A stretch of 64,000 nucleotides of DNA from Verrucomicrobia bacterium SCGC AAA164-E04 (GTDB lineage: Bacteria; Verrucomicrobiota; Verrucomicrobiia; Limisphaerales; AAA164-E04). The position numbers were made by a program, and so were the translations under genes. Positions 46,994-57,297 of the stretch are shown here, in pieces; positions within the stretch are counted from its first letter, which is position 1, and the number at the start of each line of letters is the position of its first letter. The notes below the pieces were generated by a model, which saw only the letters and a program-made list of their open reading frames with translations, searched no databases and was not told the DNA's origin. The DNA is taken from positions 42,381 to 106,380 of the forward strand of contig KB912023.1 in NCBI GenBank assembly GCA_000383715.1, read 5' to 3'.

Positions 46994-47469
46994 AGGACAC
47001 TGCTGCTTTTGTGATTCGCGTATTCATTGGGGGAATGTTCATCTACCTTGGCTGGACCAAGACGCTGGACCCAGTGACGTTTCTTAAGAGTATTCGCGAA
47101 TTTGATATTCTTCAAGCCCCGTGGCAAATGAACGTCGTCGCAGCTTGGTTGCCTTGGTTTGAAGTCTGGTGCGGTTTATTGCTGATGCTGGGCGTTGCAA
47201 TCAGGGTGAGTGCATTCAGTTTAGGTGCACTTCTGGTTGCGTTTACAAGCATGGTTTCATGGCGTGCTCTGGACTTATATTCGGCTGGTGGTATTGCGTT
47301 TTGTGATATCCAATTTGACTGTGGATGCGGTACTGGAGAGGTAATCGTCTGCCACAAACTTGTTCAAAATGTGGTGCTCATTTCCTTTTCTTTTTGGATA
47401 GCATGCCTAAAAAGCCACAAATTCGGTTTATTGCCAGCAATCCGGTTTTCGTTTCGATCAGGAAGGTAA
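46990..47469 (+). CDS. MauE/DoxX-family integral membrane protein
   Basis: The ATGA overlaps the rhodanese stop. 159 aa, about 4 TM segments, FIGGMFIYLGWTK start, and a Cys cluster CDIQFDCGCGTGEVIVC typical of MauE-like proteins. Confidence 0.7.
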   Translation: MKDTAAFVIRVFIGGMFIYLGWTKTLDPVTFLKSIREFDILQAPWQMNVVAAWLPWFEVWCGLLLMLGVAIRVSAFSLGALLVAFTSMVSWRALDLYSAGGIAFCDIQFDCGCGTGEVIVCHKLVQNVVLISFSFWIACLKSHKFGLLPAIRFSFRSGR

Positions 47470-47477
47470 TGAATTGC

Positions 47478-47963
47478 TCATTTCTCCAATTGAGTCGTTT
47501 TGCTGTCTGTGCTCTTGCGGGAATGCTTGCGTAAATCAGCAAGTGCTCGTTTGTGGCCTTTTTGGGCTGCCATAACGAGAAGTCTGTGACTCATGGCGGG
47601 TTGTGGTTTTAAAGGATTTCCTTTCTCATAAATTTTTGCCAATGCATACATCGCCTGAGTTTGTCCACGACGGACCTGACCCCACAATCGCTCTATACGG
47701 GATAGAATTTGATCTCTGGAAACTGCTTTGGAATCGCTTTGAGCCCACGGAGTGATTGCTTTTGGGCTTTGCTTTTGTTGAGCGAATGTTTGCGCTCCTC
47801 CTCCTTGCACTATTTGTGGACGGGCAAGCACAGGTCCAAAAAACACGCCTCGTGCAGGATGCATAATGGTTGGCCTCGAGACGGCGTAAAAGCCCTGAGC
47901 CAGTGAAATCTGTATTGAGCCCGATAAGCTAATTAAAACGAAAGTGACGAGTAACATTTTCAT
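47478..47963 (-). CDS. Small secreted protein with one Sel1-like (TPR-type) repeat
   Basis: Signal peptide MKMLLVTFVLISLSGSIQISLAQ. C-terminal QAMYALAKIYEKGNPLKPQPAMSHRLLVMAAQKGHKRALADL resembles a Sel1 repeat. Confidence 0.45.
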   Translation of the reverse strand: MKMLLVTFVLISLSGSIQISLAQGFYAVSRPTIMHPARGVFFGPVLARPQIVQGGGAQTFAQQKQSPKAITPWAQSDSKAVSRDQILSRIERLWGQVRRGQTQAMYALAKIYEKGNPLKPQPAMSHRLLVMAAQKGHKRALADLRKHSRKSTDSKTTQLEK

Positions 47964-48199
47964 GGGTCATGAGTTAATTCATATCTTGTTCTTCATATAT
48001 CTTCAAGGGTGAACCATGTCTAATTCGATGCGTGTGACATTTTGAGCTCTTTGGGGTTCGGTTGCGGCGTGAGCGGAGGCTATCTCCACGGCTCCCGAGG
48101 TAAAGGGCTAGACGTTATGGCATGCAACCATCAGTCTGATTTTTTGGCCTTAAACGCGCATTTGTCTTGAAGCGGACATCCCAATTAGCGCGAAATGTG

Positions 48200-49786
48200 T
48201 CAGGCGTTGTTGATTGCCTGAGCGCACCTCAACCCGTCCAAAGCAGCACTGACAATACCGCCTGCATAGCCTGCTCCTTCACCGCAAGGATACAATCCTT
48301 TGACCATGGGGTGTTCGAGAGAATCGGGATCCCTTGGGATTCTTACGGGCGAACTGGTTCGAGTTTCAAAACCGATAAGGATGGCCGAATCAGTAATGTA
48401 GCCTGGCATCTGATTACCAAAGAGTGTGAAGCCTTGCTTCAGTCTTCGAGTGATTTCGGCAGGCAATAATTCATTCAGATCAACCGATTCAGTGCCAGGA
48501 AAATAGCTGGTCTTGGGTAATGTCGACGAAACGGCTCCTTTGAGGAAATCGGTGACTCGCTGAGCAGGTGCAACCTGGCCTCCGCCACCAGCTTGCTTGG
48601 CGGCGTGTTCGATTCTTTGTTGATAAATAATGCCAGCCAGCGGTCCGTGCTCTTTTTCGTAATGTGAGGTATCTTCTGGTTCGACGGTGACGACCATACC
48701 ACTGTTGGCAAAAGCAGAATCTCTTCTGGATAAGCTCATGCCATTCACCACGATTTCGGAATTGGAAGTGGCTGCTGGAACAATGAAGCCTCCGGGGCAC
48801 ATGCAAAAGGAATGGACCCCGCGATGATCAATTTTTGTAGCCAATCGATAACTTGCAGCGGGGAGTGCATTTGGCCGTTGCTCCCCTGGTTGGAGGTGAT
48901 ACTGATGAAGGTCGACGAAAGATTGGGAATGTTCGATGCGGACTCCTATCGCAAAGGGTTTTGATTCTAGAAGGATCTTTTTGTCATTTAGCAACTGATA
49001 AATATCGCGTGCCGAATGCCCCGTTGCGAGAATCACCGCGTTTGCTTCAAAGGATTGGTTTTCATTGCATACTACTCCAGTGATACGATCCTTAGAGAGG
49101 ATCAAGTCCGTGACCTTGGTTTGAAAATGCACTTCGCCACCGGCAGCCATTACCGATTCACGCATCTTTCGAACTACATTGGGCAATAAATTTGAGCCAA
49201 TGTGGGGATGTGATTCGATGAGAATGTTCTCTGGGGCCCCGTGCGCAACTAGAGTGCGGTAAATGTCCGCAACGGGTCCCCGCTTTTTGGCGCGTGTGTA
49301 AAGTTTTCCATCTGAAAAAGTTCCTGCACCACCCTCCCCGAAACAATAGTTTGATTCTTCGTTTACTACCCCTTCTCTTAACAGTGGGGCCAAGTCGAAT
49401 CGACGGGAAGAAACGTCCTTTCCACGTTCCAATACAATGGGTTGCATTCCCTGAGAAATGACTTGCAGTGCGGCAAACAATCCGGCCGGACCACTGCCTA
49501 CGATGATCACCTTACGGGCTTTTTGAGAGATTTTCAGGTAACTGTTTGCGGGAGATTCTAATTCTGGCAGCGAAGTATCCAGCCCCACATCGAGTCGGAG
49601 TTGAACTTTGATTGTTCTCTGGCGTGCATCGATGGATCGTTTTCGCAGTCGAACCTCTTTTATCCGCTCCAAAGGCACACCCAAAGCATCGGCACATGCA
49701 TGTTTCCACGCGTCTTTAGATTCACTTTCTTCGAGCGTTAGGAGGATGTTTACCTGTGGTGTGTCATGATCCATGAGTGAGCTCAC
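48200..49786 (-). CDS. FAD-dependent oxidoreductase (COG2509-like uncharacterised dehydrogenase family)
   Basis: VIIVGSGPAGLFAAL dinucleotide motif preceded by an ~85-aa N-domain. FGEGGAGTFSDGKLYTR, HSFCMCPGG and C-terminal LYPCGEGAGYAGGIVSAALDG. Confidence 0.8.
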   Translation of the reverse strand: MSSLMDHDTPQVNILLTLEESESKDAWKHACADALGVPLERIKEVRLRKRSIDARQRTIKVQLRLDVGLDTSLPELESPANSYLKISQKARKVIIVGSGPAGLFAALQVISQGMQPIVLERGKDVSSRRFDLAPLLREGVVNEESNYCFGEGGAGTFSDGKLYTRAKKRGPVADIYRTLVAHGAPENILIESHPHIGSNLLPNVVRKMRESVMAAGGEVHFQTKVTDLILSKDRITGVVCNENQSFEANAVILATGHSARDIYQLLNDKKILLESKPFAIGVRIEHSQSFVDLHQYHLQPGEQRPNALPAASYRLATKIDHRGVHSFCMCPGGFIVPAATSNSEIVVNGMSLSRRDSAFANSGMVVTVEPEDTSHYEKEHGPLAGIIYQQRIEHAAKQAGGGGQVAPAQRVTDFLKGAVSSTLPKTSYFPGTESVDLNELLPAEITRRLKQGFTLFGNQMPGYITDSAILIGFETRTSSPVRIPRDPDSLEHPMVKGLYPCGEGAGYAGGIVSAALDGLRCAQAINNA

Positions 49787-49876
49787 TTTGCTCTCTGATG
49801 AACCTGATTACAATGTTCTGTTTTTGAAAACGATTTAGTATTTTGAAATGGCCTGAATTTTGCTCTGCAACTGACC

Positions 49877-52800
49877 ATGCGAAATAAATGGTTTCTCCAA
49901 ATGTGTGTGATCCTTTGCTTGATTTTCTCGTTTTGCGCACAATCAGAAGGTCAGGTAGTGATTTCCGAGTTCATGGCAAGCAATGGGCTCACTGCTCAAG
50001 ATGAAGATGGAGGCAGTTCAGATTGGATTGAACTCTACAATCCCTCCAATGTAACCGTTGATTTAACAGGTTGGTTTTTGAGCAATGATGCGGACAATCT
50101 CACTGAATGGCAATTTCCATCGACCATATTGGCCCCCAAAGAATTGTTGATAGTGTGGGCGTCGGGTAAGGATCGGAAAAATCCGAACAAACCGTTGCAT
50201 ACCAATTTCAAGCTTAACTCCAACGGAGAATTTCTGGCATTAATACAATCTGATGGAGTGACTCTTGCAACAGTGTTCAATCCTTATCCAACGCAGTACC
50301 GAGATGTGTCTTATGGGCAAGGGCAGGTTGTAAGTGAATCGATCCTGTTGAATTCCGGGGCTGACTTGAAGTTTCGTATTGCGGATGGTCCTGCTGAATC
50401 AACGCAGTGGTATCAAAGCGGATTTTCTGATGCTCATTGGCCTACGGGAAAAGCTGGCATTGGGTATCAGGCCTTTACTCCGGGTTTTACCGTCCAAAAA
50501 ATAGATGCTCGCTCTCCTGTCGGGCATATTACCACAGCGGAGTCAGTGATCAAATCTCCTTCTTTACAAGCGGGTTCTGTCACCGAGGTGGCCCCTGTTC
50601 TCAACTTTTTTGATACAGGAGGTGCTGGCAATTACGGTGATGATGCACCTTTTCCTGGTGTGAGTATCGGGGCTAATCAAGATGATTTTGTGGTCCTGGC
50701 TCTCGGAACCGTGATCATTCCCGAAGACGGTTACTGGTCTTTTGGTGTCAACAGCGACGATGGATTCAGTCTTGAGGTGGGAGACCAAAGCATGTCTTTT
50801 CCAAACCCCAGAGCGCCTGCTGACACTGTGGCTGTCATGCAATTTGCCAAAGCCGGGGCATATCCACTGCGTCTTGTGTTCTATGAACGGGGAGGGGGAG
50901 CCGGTCTCGAGCTCTTTGCGGCACAGGGTCGGTTTCGCCGCTTTGATGGAAGTAAATTTCGATTGGTAGGTGATGTGGCCAGTGGCGGCCTCGAAGTGCA
51001 GACCACAGGCCGCGCAGGCGGAGTGAACTCGGCACTTCAAACGGATGTTATCAGTCAGATGCACGAAAAGCATGCGTCCTTCTACACACGGATCCCATTC
51101 AGCATTGATGATCCTGCGGAATTGGAATCAATGACCTTGAAGTTGAAATATGACGATGGTTTCGTTGCTTTTCTGAATGGAGTAGAGGTGGCGCGGGACA
51201 AGGCGCCAAGCAATGTTGCGTGGAATAGTAAAGCGATAGGTATACACGATGCTTCGCAATGGGAGAGTTTTGCCATCACTTCCTTCATTTCTGAATTGAA
51301 GTCTGGTTCAAATTTTCTGGCTGTTCAGGTACTCAATGCTGCAGCCGATGATGCGGATGTTTTTCTGGATGCCTCTCTCTTGGAATACAAAGTAGAGGAA
51401 AAGGCCAATCACTATTTCGCTGAGGCAACACCGGGAGAACTCAATGCAGAAGGATCTTTGGCCTTTGTGGCGGACACGAAATTTGATCAGGATCGCGGCT
51501 TTTACACGAGTCCATTTGATCTGACCATCGAGACCTCGACGGAACTTGCGGTGATCCGCTATACCCTGGACGGTACGGAACCGTCTCCATCCAATGGCCT
51601 GACCTTTGGTAACCCTATCACCATCAATCAAACAACAACCGTCCGGGCCCGGGCATTTCGCGAAGGATACGAACCTTCCAATACAGACACCCAAACCTAC
51701 ATTTTCCTCGAGGATGTGATTCAGCAGGCCTCCAATGGACGGGCTCCGGAAGGGTGGCCGAGACAGTGGGGAAGTAATACGGTCGATTACGGAATGGATC
51801 CTGAGGTTGTCAATCATCCTGATTATCGTGACACCATCATCGAGGACATGCAGACGATTCCCTCCTTTTCCATCGTAATGGACCTGGATGACATGTTTGG
51901 TTCCTCAAACGGAATCTATGCCAATCCCTCGCGAGACGGCCGTCAATGGGAGCGTTCTTGTTCGGTGGAGCTTATTCATCCGGACGGAAAGGATGGTTTT
52001 CAAATCAATGCGGGGATTCGAGTCAGAGGTGGTTTTAGTCGGAGTACGAACAATCCCAAACATGCCCTGCGTCTCTTTTTTCGAAATGAATACGGCGAAC
52101 CCAAATTAAAATATCCAGTTTTTGGCGAAGATGCAGCTCAATCCTTTGATGGATTTGATCTCAGGACATTTCAAAACTACTCCTGGAGTTTTCAGGGAGA
52201 CAGTCGTGGTATCTTTCTCAGAGATCAATATAATCGGGATCTTCAATTGGCCATGGGGCACAACGCTGAGCGTGGCGAGTATGTGCATCTCTATATTAAC
52301 GGCATGTATTGGGGCTTGTACAACACGGTGGAGCGCCCCGAGGCTTCTTACGGGGAGTCTTATTACGGAGGGGATAAAGATGATTATGATGTCGTCAAGG
52401 TAGAAGCGGGCCCCTACACGATCAACGCAACGGATGGCAACCTCAAAGACTGGCGCACTCTTTTTGATGCGGCACGGGCAGGATTTTCAAGTGATGCCGC
52501 TTATCAGCGTGTCTTGGGGAATAATCCTGATGGGACGCGCAATCCTGAATATCCCGTTTTGGTGGATGTTCCCAACTTAATCGATTACATGCTGATCATT
52601 CTTTATGGTGGAAACCTCGACGCTCCAATCTCTAATTTCCTTGGGAACACAAGACCCAATAATTTTTATTCGATACGCAATCGCCTGGGTGATTTTGGCT
52701 TCCAGCATTTTGTCCATGATGCGGAGCATACGCTATTGAATGTGAATCAGGATCGAACGGGTCCCTATAGTGCAGGGAGTAGTTTTCAATATTTTAATCC

Positions 52801-55800
52801 ACAATATTTATGGCAGAAACTCCAGGACAACGATGAGTTCCGCCTGAAGGTCGCGGACCATATTCATAAACACATGTTCAACGGTGGTGTCTTGACTCGC
52901 GAACAGGCAACTGAACTTTTTTTGAAACGCAAAGAGGAAATAGACCGGGCTGTGGTTGCAGAATCAGCACGCTGGGGGGATTCCAAAAGGTCGGATCCAT
53001 TCACAAGAGACAATGCCTGGATCCGTACGATCAACAACGTGGTCAATAATTTTATACGGCGCAGAGCCGATATTGTTTTCAGTCAATTACAGCGAGATGA
53101 TCTATACCCGGATGTTAATGCACCTGTATTGAACCAGTTCGGTGGGATTGTGCAGGATGGGTTTCTATTGGAAGTGGATAAGGGGAATGCGGATCGGATT
53201 TATTTCATGCTGGATGGAAGCGATCCAAGATTGGCTGGAGGTGGCTTCGCCCCAGGGGCACGACTCTATCAGGGAGCGATCACGATAAATGAGCATGTGC
53301 AATTCGCGGCACGAGCGGAGAGCAATGGTGAGTGGAGTGCTCTTGCTCAAACAGATTTTATTGTGGAACGCTCCTTCAATGAACTACTGGTGACTGAAAT
53401 CATGTATCATCCCAATGCAGATGATACGGGGGAGAATGAAGATGTTTATGAGTTTATTGAACTTAAAAATGTGGCCTCCACTTCACTTGATCTCAGTGGT
53501 GTGTCTTTTACTGACGGCATTGATTTCACGTTCCCTAACGGTTATATCATCGAATCAGGATCTCATCTGGTTTTGGCAAAAAACGAAACAGAATTCCGAA
53601 GTCGCTATCCCTCGGTGCCGCTTGCCGGTAGTTATACTGGTAGTTTGAATAATGGTGGTGAACGACTGACACTTGTGCATGCCGCAGGGGGAATTATTTT
53701 TTCATTGGAGTATGATGATGTTCAAGCGTGGCCTTTGACACCTGATGGTGATGGGTTTTCTCTAGTTCCATTGCAAACGTCCCAATTACACGATCAATCG
53801 AAGGCATCCTCGTGGCGCGCATCCAGTCAGCGATGGGGTAGCCCGGGTAGAGAGGATATCAAGGCCGGACTCCCACGTGTCCTCATCACCGAAATGCTAG
53901 CCCACACGGACTTGCCTCAATTGGACTCCGTAGAGTTCTTTAATACGGGCGAACAAGAGGCCGACATCGGAGGGTGGTATTTAACAGATGATAAAAATAT
54001 ACCGTCCAAATATGTCTTTCCGCAGGGAACGCGGATTCCTTCTGGTGCTTATCTGGTGGTGACGGAGTCTGATTTCAATTCAATACCCGGTATCGATCCC
54101 AGTTTTACATTCAGCTCTATTGGAGAATCCGTATTTCTATTTTCTGCTGACACTCAAGGTAAACTCACGGGTTACAGTCATGGTTTTGACTTTGGTGCCT
54201 CCGCAAACGGTGTTTCCTTTGGTCAATATTACACCAGCAACGGTCAGGTGCATTACCCTCCGCAAACCCAATTGACCTTGGGTGCATCGAATGCTGAGCC
54301 ATTGGTGGGGCCTGTGGTGATCAATGAAATCGGCTATGCACCGGACGGAGGTAAACCAGAATTCCTGGAAATTAAAAATATTTCCAATCAACGCATCACT
54401 CTTTTTGATTCGGAGGCTCCATCCAATACATGGAAAGTGGAAGGCATCGGGTTTTCGTTTCCTATTGGCGTTTTGATGGATCCCGATGAAATCATGCTGA
54501 TTGTGAATGTGAGCCCGGATCAGTTCCGTTCTGCCTTTGCCATTCCAGGAAATGTTAGGGTTTTCGGTCCCTTTGAGGGTAATCTGCAGGCCAATGGTGA
54601 ACGTATACGATTGATGCGCCCAGACACACCAAATGTTACAACGGATGGGGAAGTTGTTCCTATGATCGCTGTGGATGAGGTGCGTTATGATAACACACTG
54701 CCATGGCCTGACGTGAGCTTGAGTTCTGGAGCTTCCATTGAGCGTCTAGATGCCCGGTCCTATGGGAATGATCCCATCAATTGGCGGTCGAGCCAGGATC
54801 AACCTTCACCGGGGGTCGAAAATGATGGCAACAAAGCTCCTATTGTAATGGCTGGAATAGATCAGGCAATTACCGTACTGAGCTTACCAGCTGTGTTCGA
54901 ACTCAATGGGAAAGCTCAGGATGATGGATTGCCTGAATCTTCCGAAAACCTGAGCGTTCACTGGAAACAGATTTCTGGACCGGGTGTTTTGTATTTTGAA
55001 GATTCAGGTCTTGCGCAAACTCGAGTGTCTGCTCCAGGGGTGGGGGACTGGGTTGTTGAATTATCTGTATCCGATGGGGCCTTGATTTCAACCTCACAGC
55101 TGAAGCTCACCGTTGAAAGGCAGGTAGGTAATCAAACTCTGATCGCATCAGGCTCTGCCTGGAAATACATGGATGATGATATGCCTCAGCCTGATCAATG
55201 GGTTCATTTGGATTTCAGCGATGCGGAGTGGAAATCGGGAAGTGCTCAGTTTGGGTATGGAGACGGGGATGAGAGAACCGTGATATCATTCGGAGGAAAC
55301 GCGTCCGATAAAGCGGTCACTTATTATTTCCGTAAATCTATTCAGATAGCTCGGCCATCGAGTGTGCAGAGCATGAAACTTGGCCTGATTCGCGATGATG
55401 GCGCGATCGTTTATTTGAATGGGCAGGAAATCCTCCGCCATAATCTGCCTGCAGGTGATGTGTCTCATCAGACATTTGCCCTGGCTGTAGTAGGTGGTGA
55501 TGATGAAAATACTTTTTTTGAATCCTCTACAGATCCGAATCTGCTTGTTGAAGGGCAGAATGTGATTGCCGTGGAAATACATCAAGCCAACGCCACAAGC
55601 AGTGACATCAGCTTTGACATGCAGATCAGCGCTGAATCGTCCCCTGAAAACCGGGCGCCTGAAGTGGAATTGGCTCCCGAAATGTGGGTCGAACCAAAAA
55701 CATGGGTAGCCCTGGAAGGTGAATGGAGCGATGATGGCTTGCCATTGCAGCCCGGGCTTACTGAGGTTCAATGGGAACAAGTATCTGGTCCAGGTGAGGT

Positions 55801-56326
55801 TTCCTTCCAAAATGATTCCCTGATACCCACGATGGTCCGCTTTCCTTTTATTGGCGATTACTTGCTTCAGGTTCACGTGACCGATGGTGATTTAACGACC
55901 ACAAGACAATTAAACGTGGGGGTTCGAAAGGAAGGAAGCTCAGTCAGCTATGAAGGCTGGTTAGTCAGTTTCTTTACCTTGAGCGAACGGGCAGACTCTA
56001 AGCTCAGTGGAGAAAACGCAGACCCTGACTCAGATGGTCATGTTAACCGTGATGAATTTGAAGCAGGAACCGACCCTCGAGAGTTCAATAGTGTGACAAA
56101 AATCACCTCGGTTACTCTTGATGATGCAATGAATCTGCAACTGGAATTAAGCACAGTCCCGGGAAGAGCCTATATTTTACAATCCAAAGCGAATCTCATG
56201 GATGGTTCCTGGAAACTGCTGGAATCCAAGCTTGCTGATGAAGGGGAATTGACTTTCCAGATTCAAAAAGAGCGCGAATCGTCCATGTTGTTTTTCCGGG
56301 TCATGGTTGTCAAACCATTGAATTAG
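49877..56326 (+). CDS. Giant secreted CotH-kinase-family protein with four lamin-tail domains, a PA14-like domain, Ig-like modules and a C-terminal beta-rich module
   Basis: LTDs: VVISEFMASN...WIELYNPSNVTVDLTGWFLSND, LLVTEIMYHPN...FIELKNVA, VLITEMLAHT...VEFFNTGEQEADIGGWYLTDD, VVINEIGYAP...FLEIKNIS. PA14-like: GYWSFGVNSDDGFSLEV...LRLVFYERGGGAGLEL. CotH core: ANPSRDGRQWERSCSVELIHPDG...GIRVRGGFSR...KHALRLFF...YINGMYWGLYN. Also IRYTLDGTEPS. Confidence 0.85.
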   Translation: MRNKWFLQMCVILCLIFSFCAQSEGQVVISEFMASNGLTAQDEDGGSSDWIELYNPSNVTVDLTGWFLSNDADNLTEWQFPSTILAPKELLIVWASGKDRKNPNKPLHTNFKLNSNGEFLALIQSDGVTLATVFNPYPTQYRDVSYGQGQVVSESILLNSGADLKFRIADGPAESTQWYQSGFSDAHWPTGKAGIGYQAFTPGFTVQKIDARSPVGHITTAESVIKSPSLQAGSVTEVAPVLNFFDTGGAGNYGDDAPFPGVSIGANQDDFVVLALGTVIIPEDGYWSFGVNSDDGFSLEVGDQSMSFPNPRAPADTVAVMQFAKAGAYPLRLVFYERGGGAGLELFAAQGRFRRFDGSKFRLVGDVASGGLEVQTTGRAGGVNSALQTDVISQMHEKHASFYTRIPFSIDDPAELESMTLKLKYDDGFVAFLNGVEVARDKAPSNVAWNSKAIGIHDASQWESFAITSFISELKSGSNFLAVQVLNAAADDADVFLDASLLEYKVEEKANHYFAEATPGELNAEGSLAFVADTKFDQDRGFYTSPFDLTIETSTELAVIRYTLDGTEPSPSNGLTFGNPITINQTTTVRARAFREGYEPSNTDTQTYIFLEDVIQQASNGRAPEGWPRQWGSNTVDYGMDPEVVNHPDYRDTIIEDMQTIPSFSIVMDLDDMFGSSNGIYANPSRDGRQWERSCSVELIHPDGKDGFQINAGIRVRGGFSRSTNNPKHALRLFFRNEYGEPKLKYPVFGEDAAQSFDGFDLRTFQNYSWSFQGDSRGIFLRDQYNRDLQLAMGHNAERGEYVHLYINGMYWGLYNTVERPEASYGESYYGGDKDDYDVVKVEAGPYTINATDGNLKDWRTLFDAARAGFSSDAAYQRVLGNNPDGTRNPEYPVLVDVPNLIDYMLIILYGGNLDAPISNFLGNTRPNNFYSIRNRLGDFGFQHFVHDAEHTLLNVNQDRTGPYSAGSSFQYFNPQYLWQKLQDNDEFRLKVADHIHKHMFNGGVLTREQATELFLKRKEEIDRAVVAESARWGDSKRSDPFTRDNAWIRTINNVVNNFIRRRADIVFSQLQRDDLYPDVNAPVLNQFGGIVQDGFLLEVDKGNADRIYFMLDGSDPRLAGGGFAPGARLYQGAITINEHVQFAARAESNGEWSALAQTDFIVERSFNELLVTEIMYHPNADDTGENEDVYEFIELKNVASTSLDLSGVSFTDGIDFTFPNGYIIESGSHLVLAKNETEFRSRYPSVPLAGSYTGSLNNGGERLTLVHAAGGIIFSLEYDDVQAWPLTPDGDGFSLVPLQTSQLHDQSKASSWRASSQRWGSPGREDIKAGLPRVLITEMLAHTDLPQLDSVEFFNTGEQEADIGGWYLTDDKNIPSKYVFPQGTRIPSGAYLVVTESDFNSIPGIDPSFTFSSIGESVFLFSADTQGKLTGYSHGFDFGASANGVSFGQYYTSNGQVHYPPQTQLTLGASNAEPLVGPVVINEIGYAPDGGKPEFLEIKNISNQRITLFDSEAPSNTWKVEGIGFSFPIGVLMDPDEIMLIVNVSPDQFRSAFAIPGNVRVFGPFEGNLQANGERIRLMRPDTPNVTTDGEVVPMIAVDEVRYDNTLPWPDVSLSSGASIERLDARSYGNDPINWRSSQDQPSPGVENDGNKAPIVMAGIDQAITVLSLPAVFELNGKAQDDGLPESSENLSVHWKQISGPGVLYFEDSGLAQTRVSAPGVGDWVVELSVSDGALISTSQLKLTVERQVGNQTLIASGSAWKYMDDDMPQPDQWVHLDFSDAEWKSGSAQFGYGDGDERTVISFGGNASDKAVTYYFRKSIQIARPSSVQSMKLGLIRDDGAIVYLNGQEILRHNLPAGDVSHQTFALAVVGGDDENTFFESSTDPNLLVEGQNVIAVEIHQANATSSDISFDMQISAESSPENRAPEVELAPEMWVEPKTWVALEGEWSDDGLPLQPGLTEVQWEQVSGPGEVSFQNDSLIPTMVRFPFIGDYLLQVHVTDGDLTTTRQLNVGVRKEGSSVSYEGWLVSFFTLSERADSKLSGENADPDSDGHVNRDEFEAGTDPREFNSVTKITSVTLDDAMNLQLELSTVPGRAYILQSKANLMDGSWKLLESKLADEGELTFQIQKERESSMLFFRVMVVKPLN

Positions 56327-56476
56327 CAGAACGGAATTTCGATCTGGCTAGTACACAAGAAAGCAAAAAAATATTATTTTTCGCTCCTATTGAGTGCTCA
56401 AATCAGCTAGAAGACAAGCATTCCCAATACCAATTTCGACAAAATAATTACATCTTGCCGTCATTATACAAAGTCT

Positions 56477-57235
56477 ATGAAGATATCTTTTCCATTATCT
56501 GTGGGTGCCTTGAGAAACCGCAAGGGTTTCACACTCATTGAGTTGTTGGTTGTCATTGCAATCATTGCAATTCTCGCAGGCATGTTGTTGCCGGCCCTCG
56601 GCAAGGCCAAGGCGAAAGCAAAAGCAATATCCTGCATCAACAATCTCAAGCAGACCGGACTAGCAATGATTTTTTACTCAGACGAAAATGAGGGTTCCAT
56701 TCCTCGCGGCAATGGGCATCCCTGGTTTCTAGTCTACATGGACTACATGCCTGAAGGCGGAACTGAGGAGAACTTCAGCGGCATTCGCATTTACAAGTGC
56801 CCTAGTTACCCTAACCGAGATCCTAAGAAGAAGCAGATCATTACCTATTCGATCAATGCATGGAAGTTTAGAAACAAGGAGGATATGATTGGTACTGAGC
56901 AAATTGGTCCATCGAAAATTACAGCATTTCAGGAACCCTCCAACAGTATCCATATTGGAGATAACGCAGCAGGTTCATGGCGGCCAATTGTGACTGGTAT
57001 TCGAGATGCCATTACTAATCTCAATGATGTCTGGAAGCCCAGTCATCTACCCTATAACCAGCAAACCAGTCGACTCAGCAATGAACGTCGTCTTGCTGCT
57101 CAACGACACAACCAGGGTGCCAACTACGTGTTTTTGGATGGTCATGCTGAGTTTCTCCCTGCAACGAAAGTGGTCACGAACCTCTTTAGAGAAGAGAAAA
57201 ACCCCAATGCCGTTCAGCAGGTCACACCGCGTTGA
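56477..57235 (+). CDS. Prepilin-type N-terminal cleavage/methylation domain protein, DUF1559 (H-X9-DG) family
   Basis: [35 protein letters not shown] and C-terminal [16 protein letters not shown]. Confidence 0.85.
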   Translation: MKISFPLSVGALRNRKGFTLIELLVVIAIIAILAGMLLPALGKAKAKAKAISCINNLKQTGLAMIFYSDENEGSIPRGNGHPWFLVYMDYMPEGGTEENFSGIRIYKCPSYPNRDPKKKQIITYSINAWKFRNKEDMIGTEQIGPSKITAFQEPSNSIHIGDNAAGSWRPIVTGIRDAITNLNDVWKPSHLPYNQQTSRLSNERRLAAQRHNQGANYVFLDGHAEFLPATKVVTNLFREEKNPNAVQQVTPR

Positions 57236-57297
57236 ATTGAAAAAAAAAAAGAGGGTAATTACTTGTTCATTTCGTCCACTCAAGACACTTTGAATTC

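Noticed and set aside
57240-57250. A11 homopolymer between the two pseudopilin-like genes as a slippage or phase-variation site
   Set aside because: It is intergenic (after the stop at 57235, 47 bp before the next start), so length changes would not shift a reading frame. No evidence of a regulatory role.
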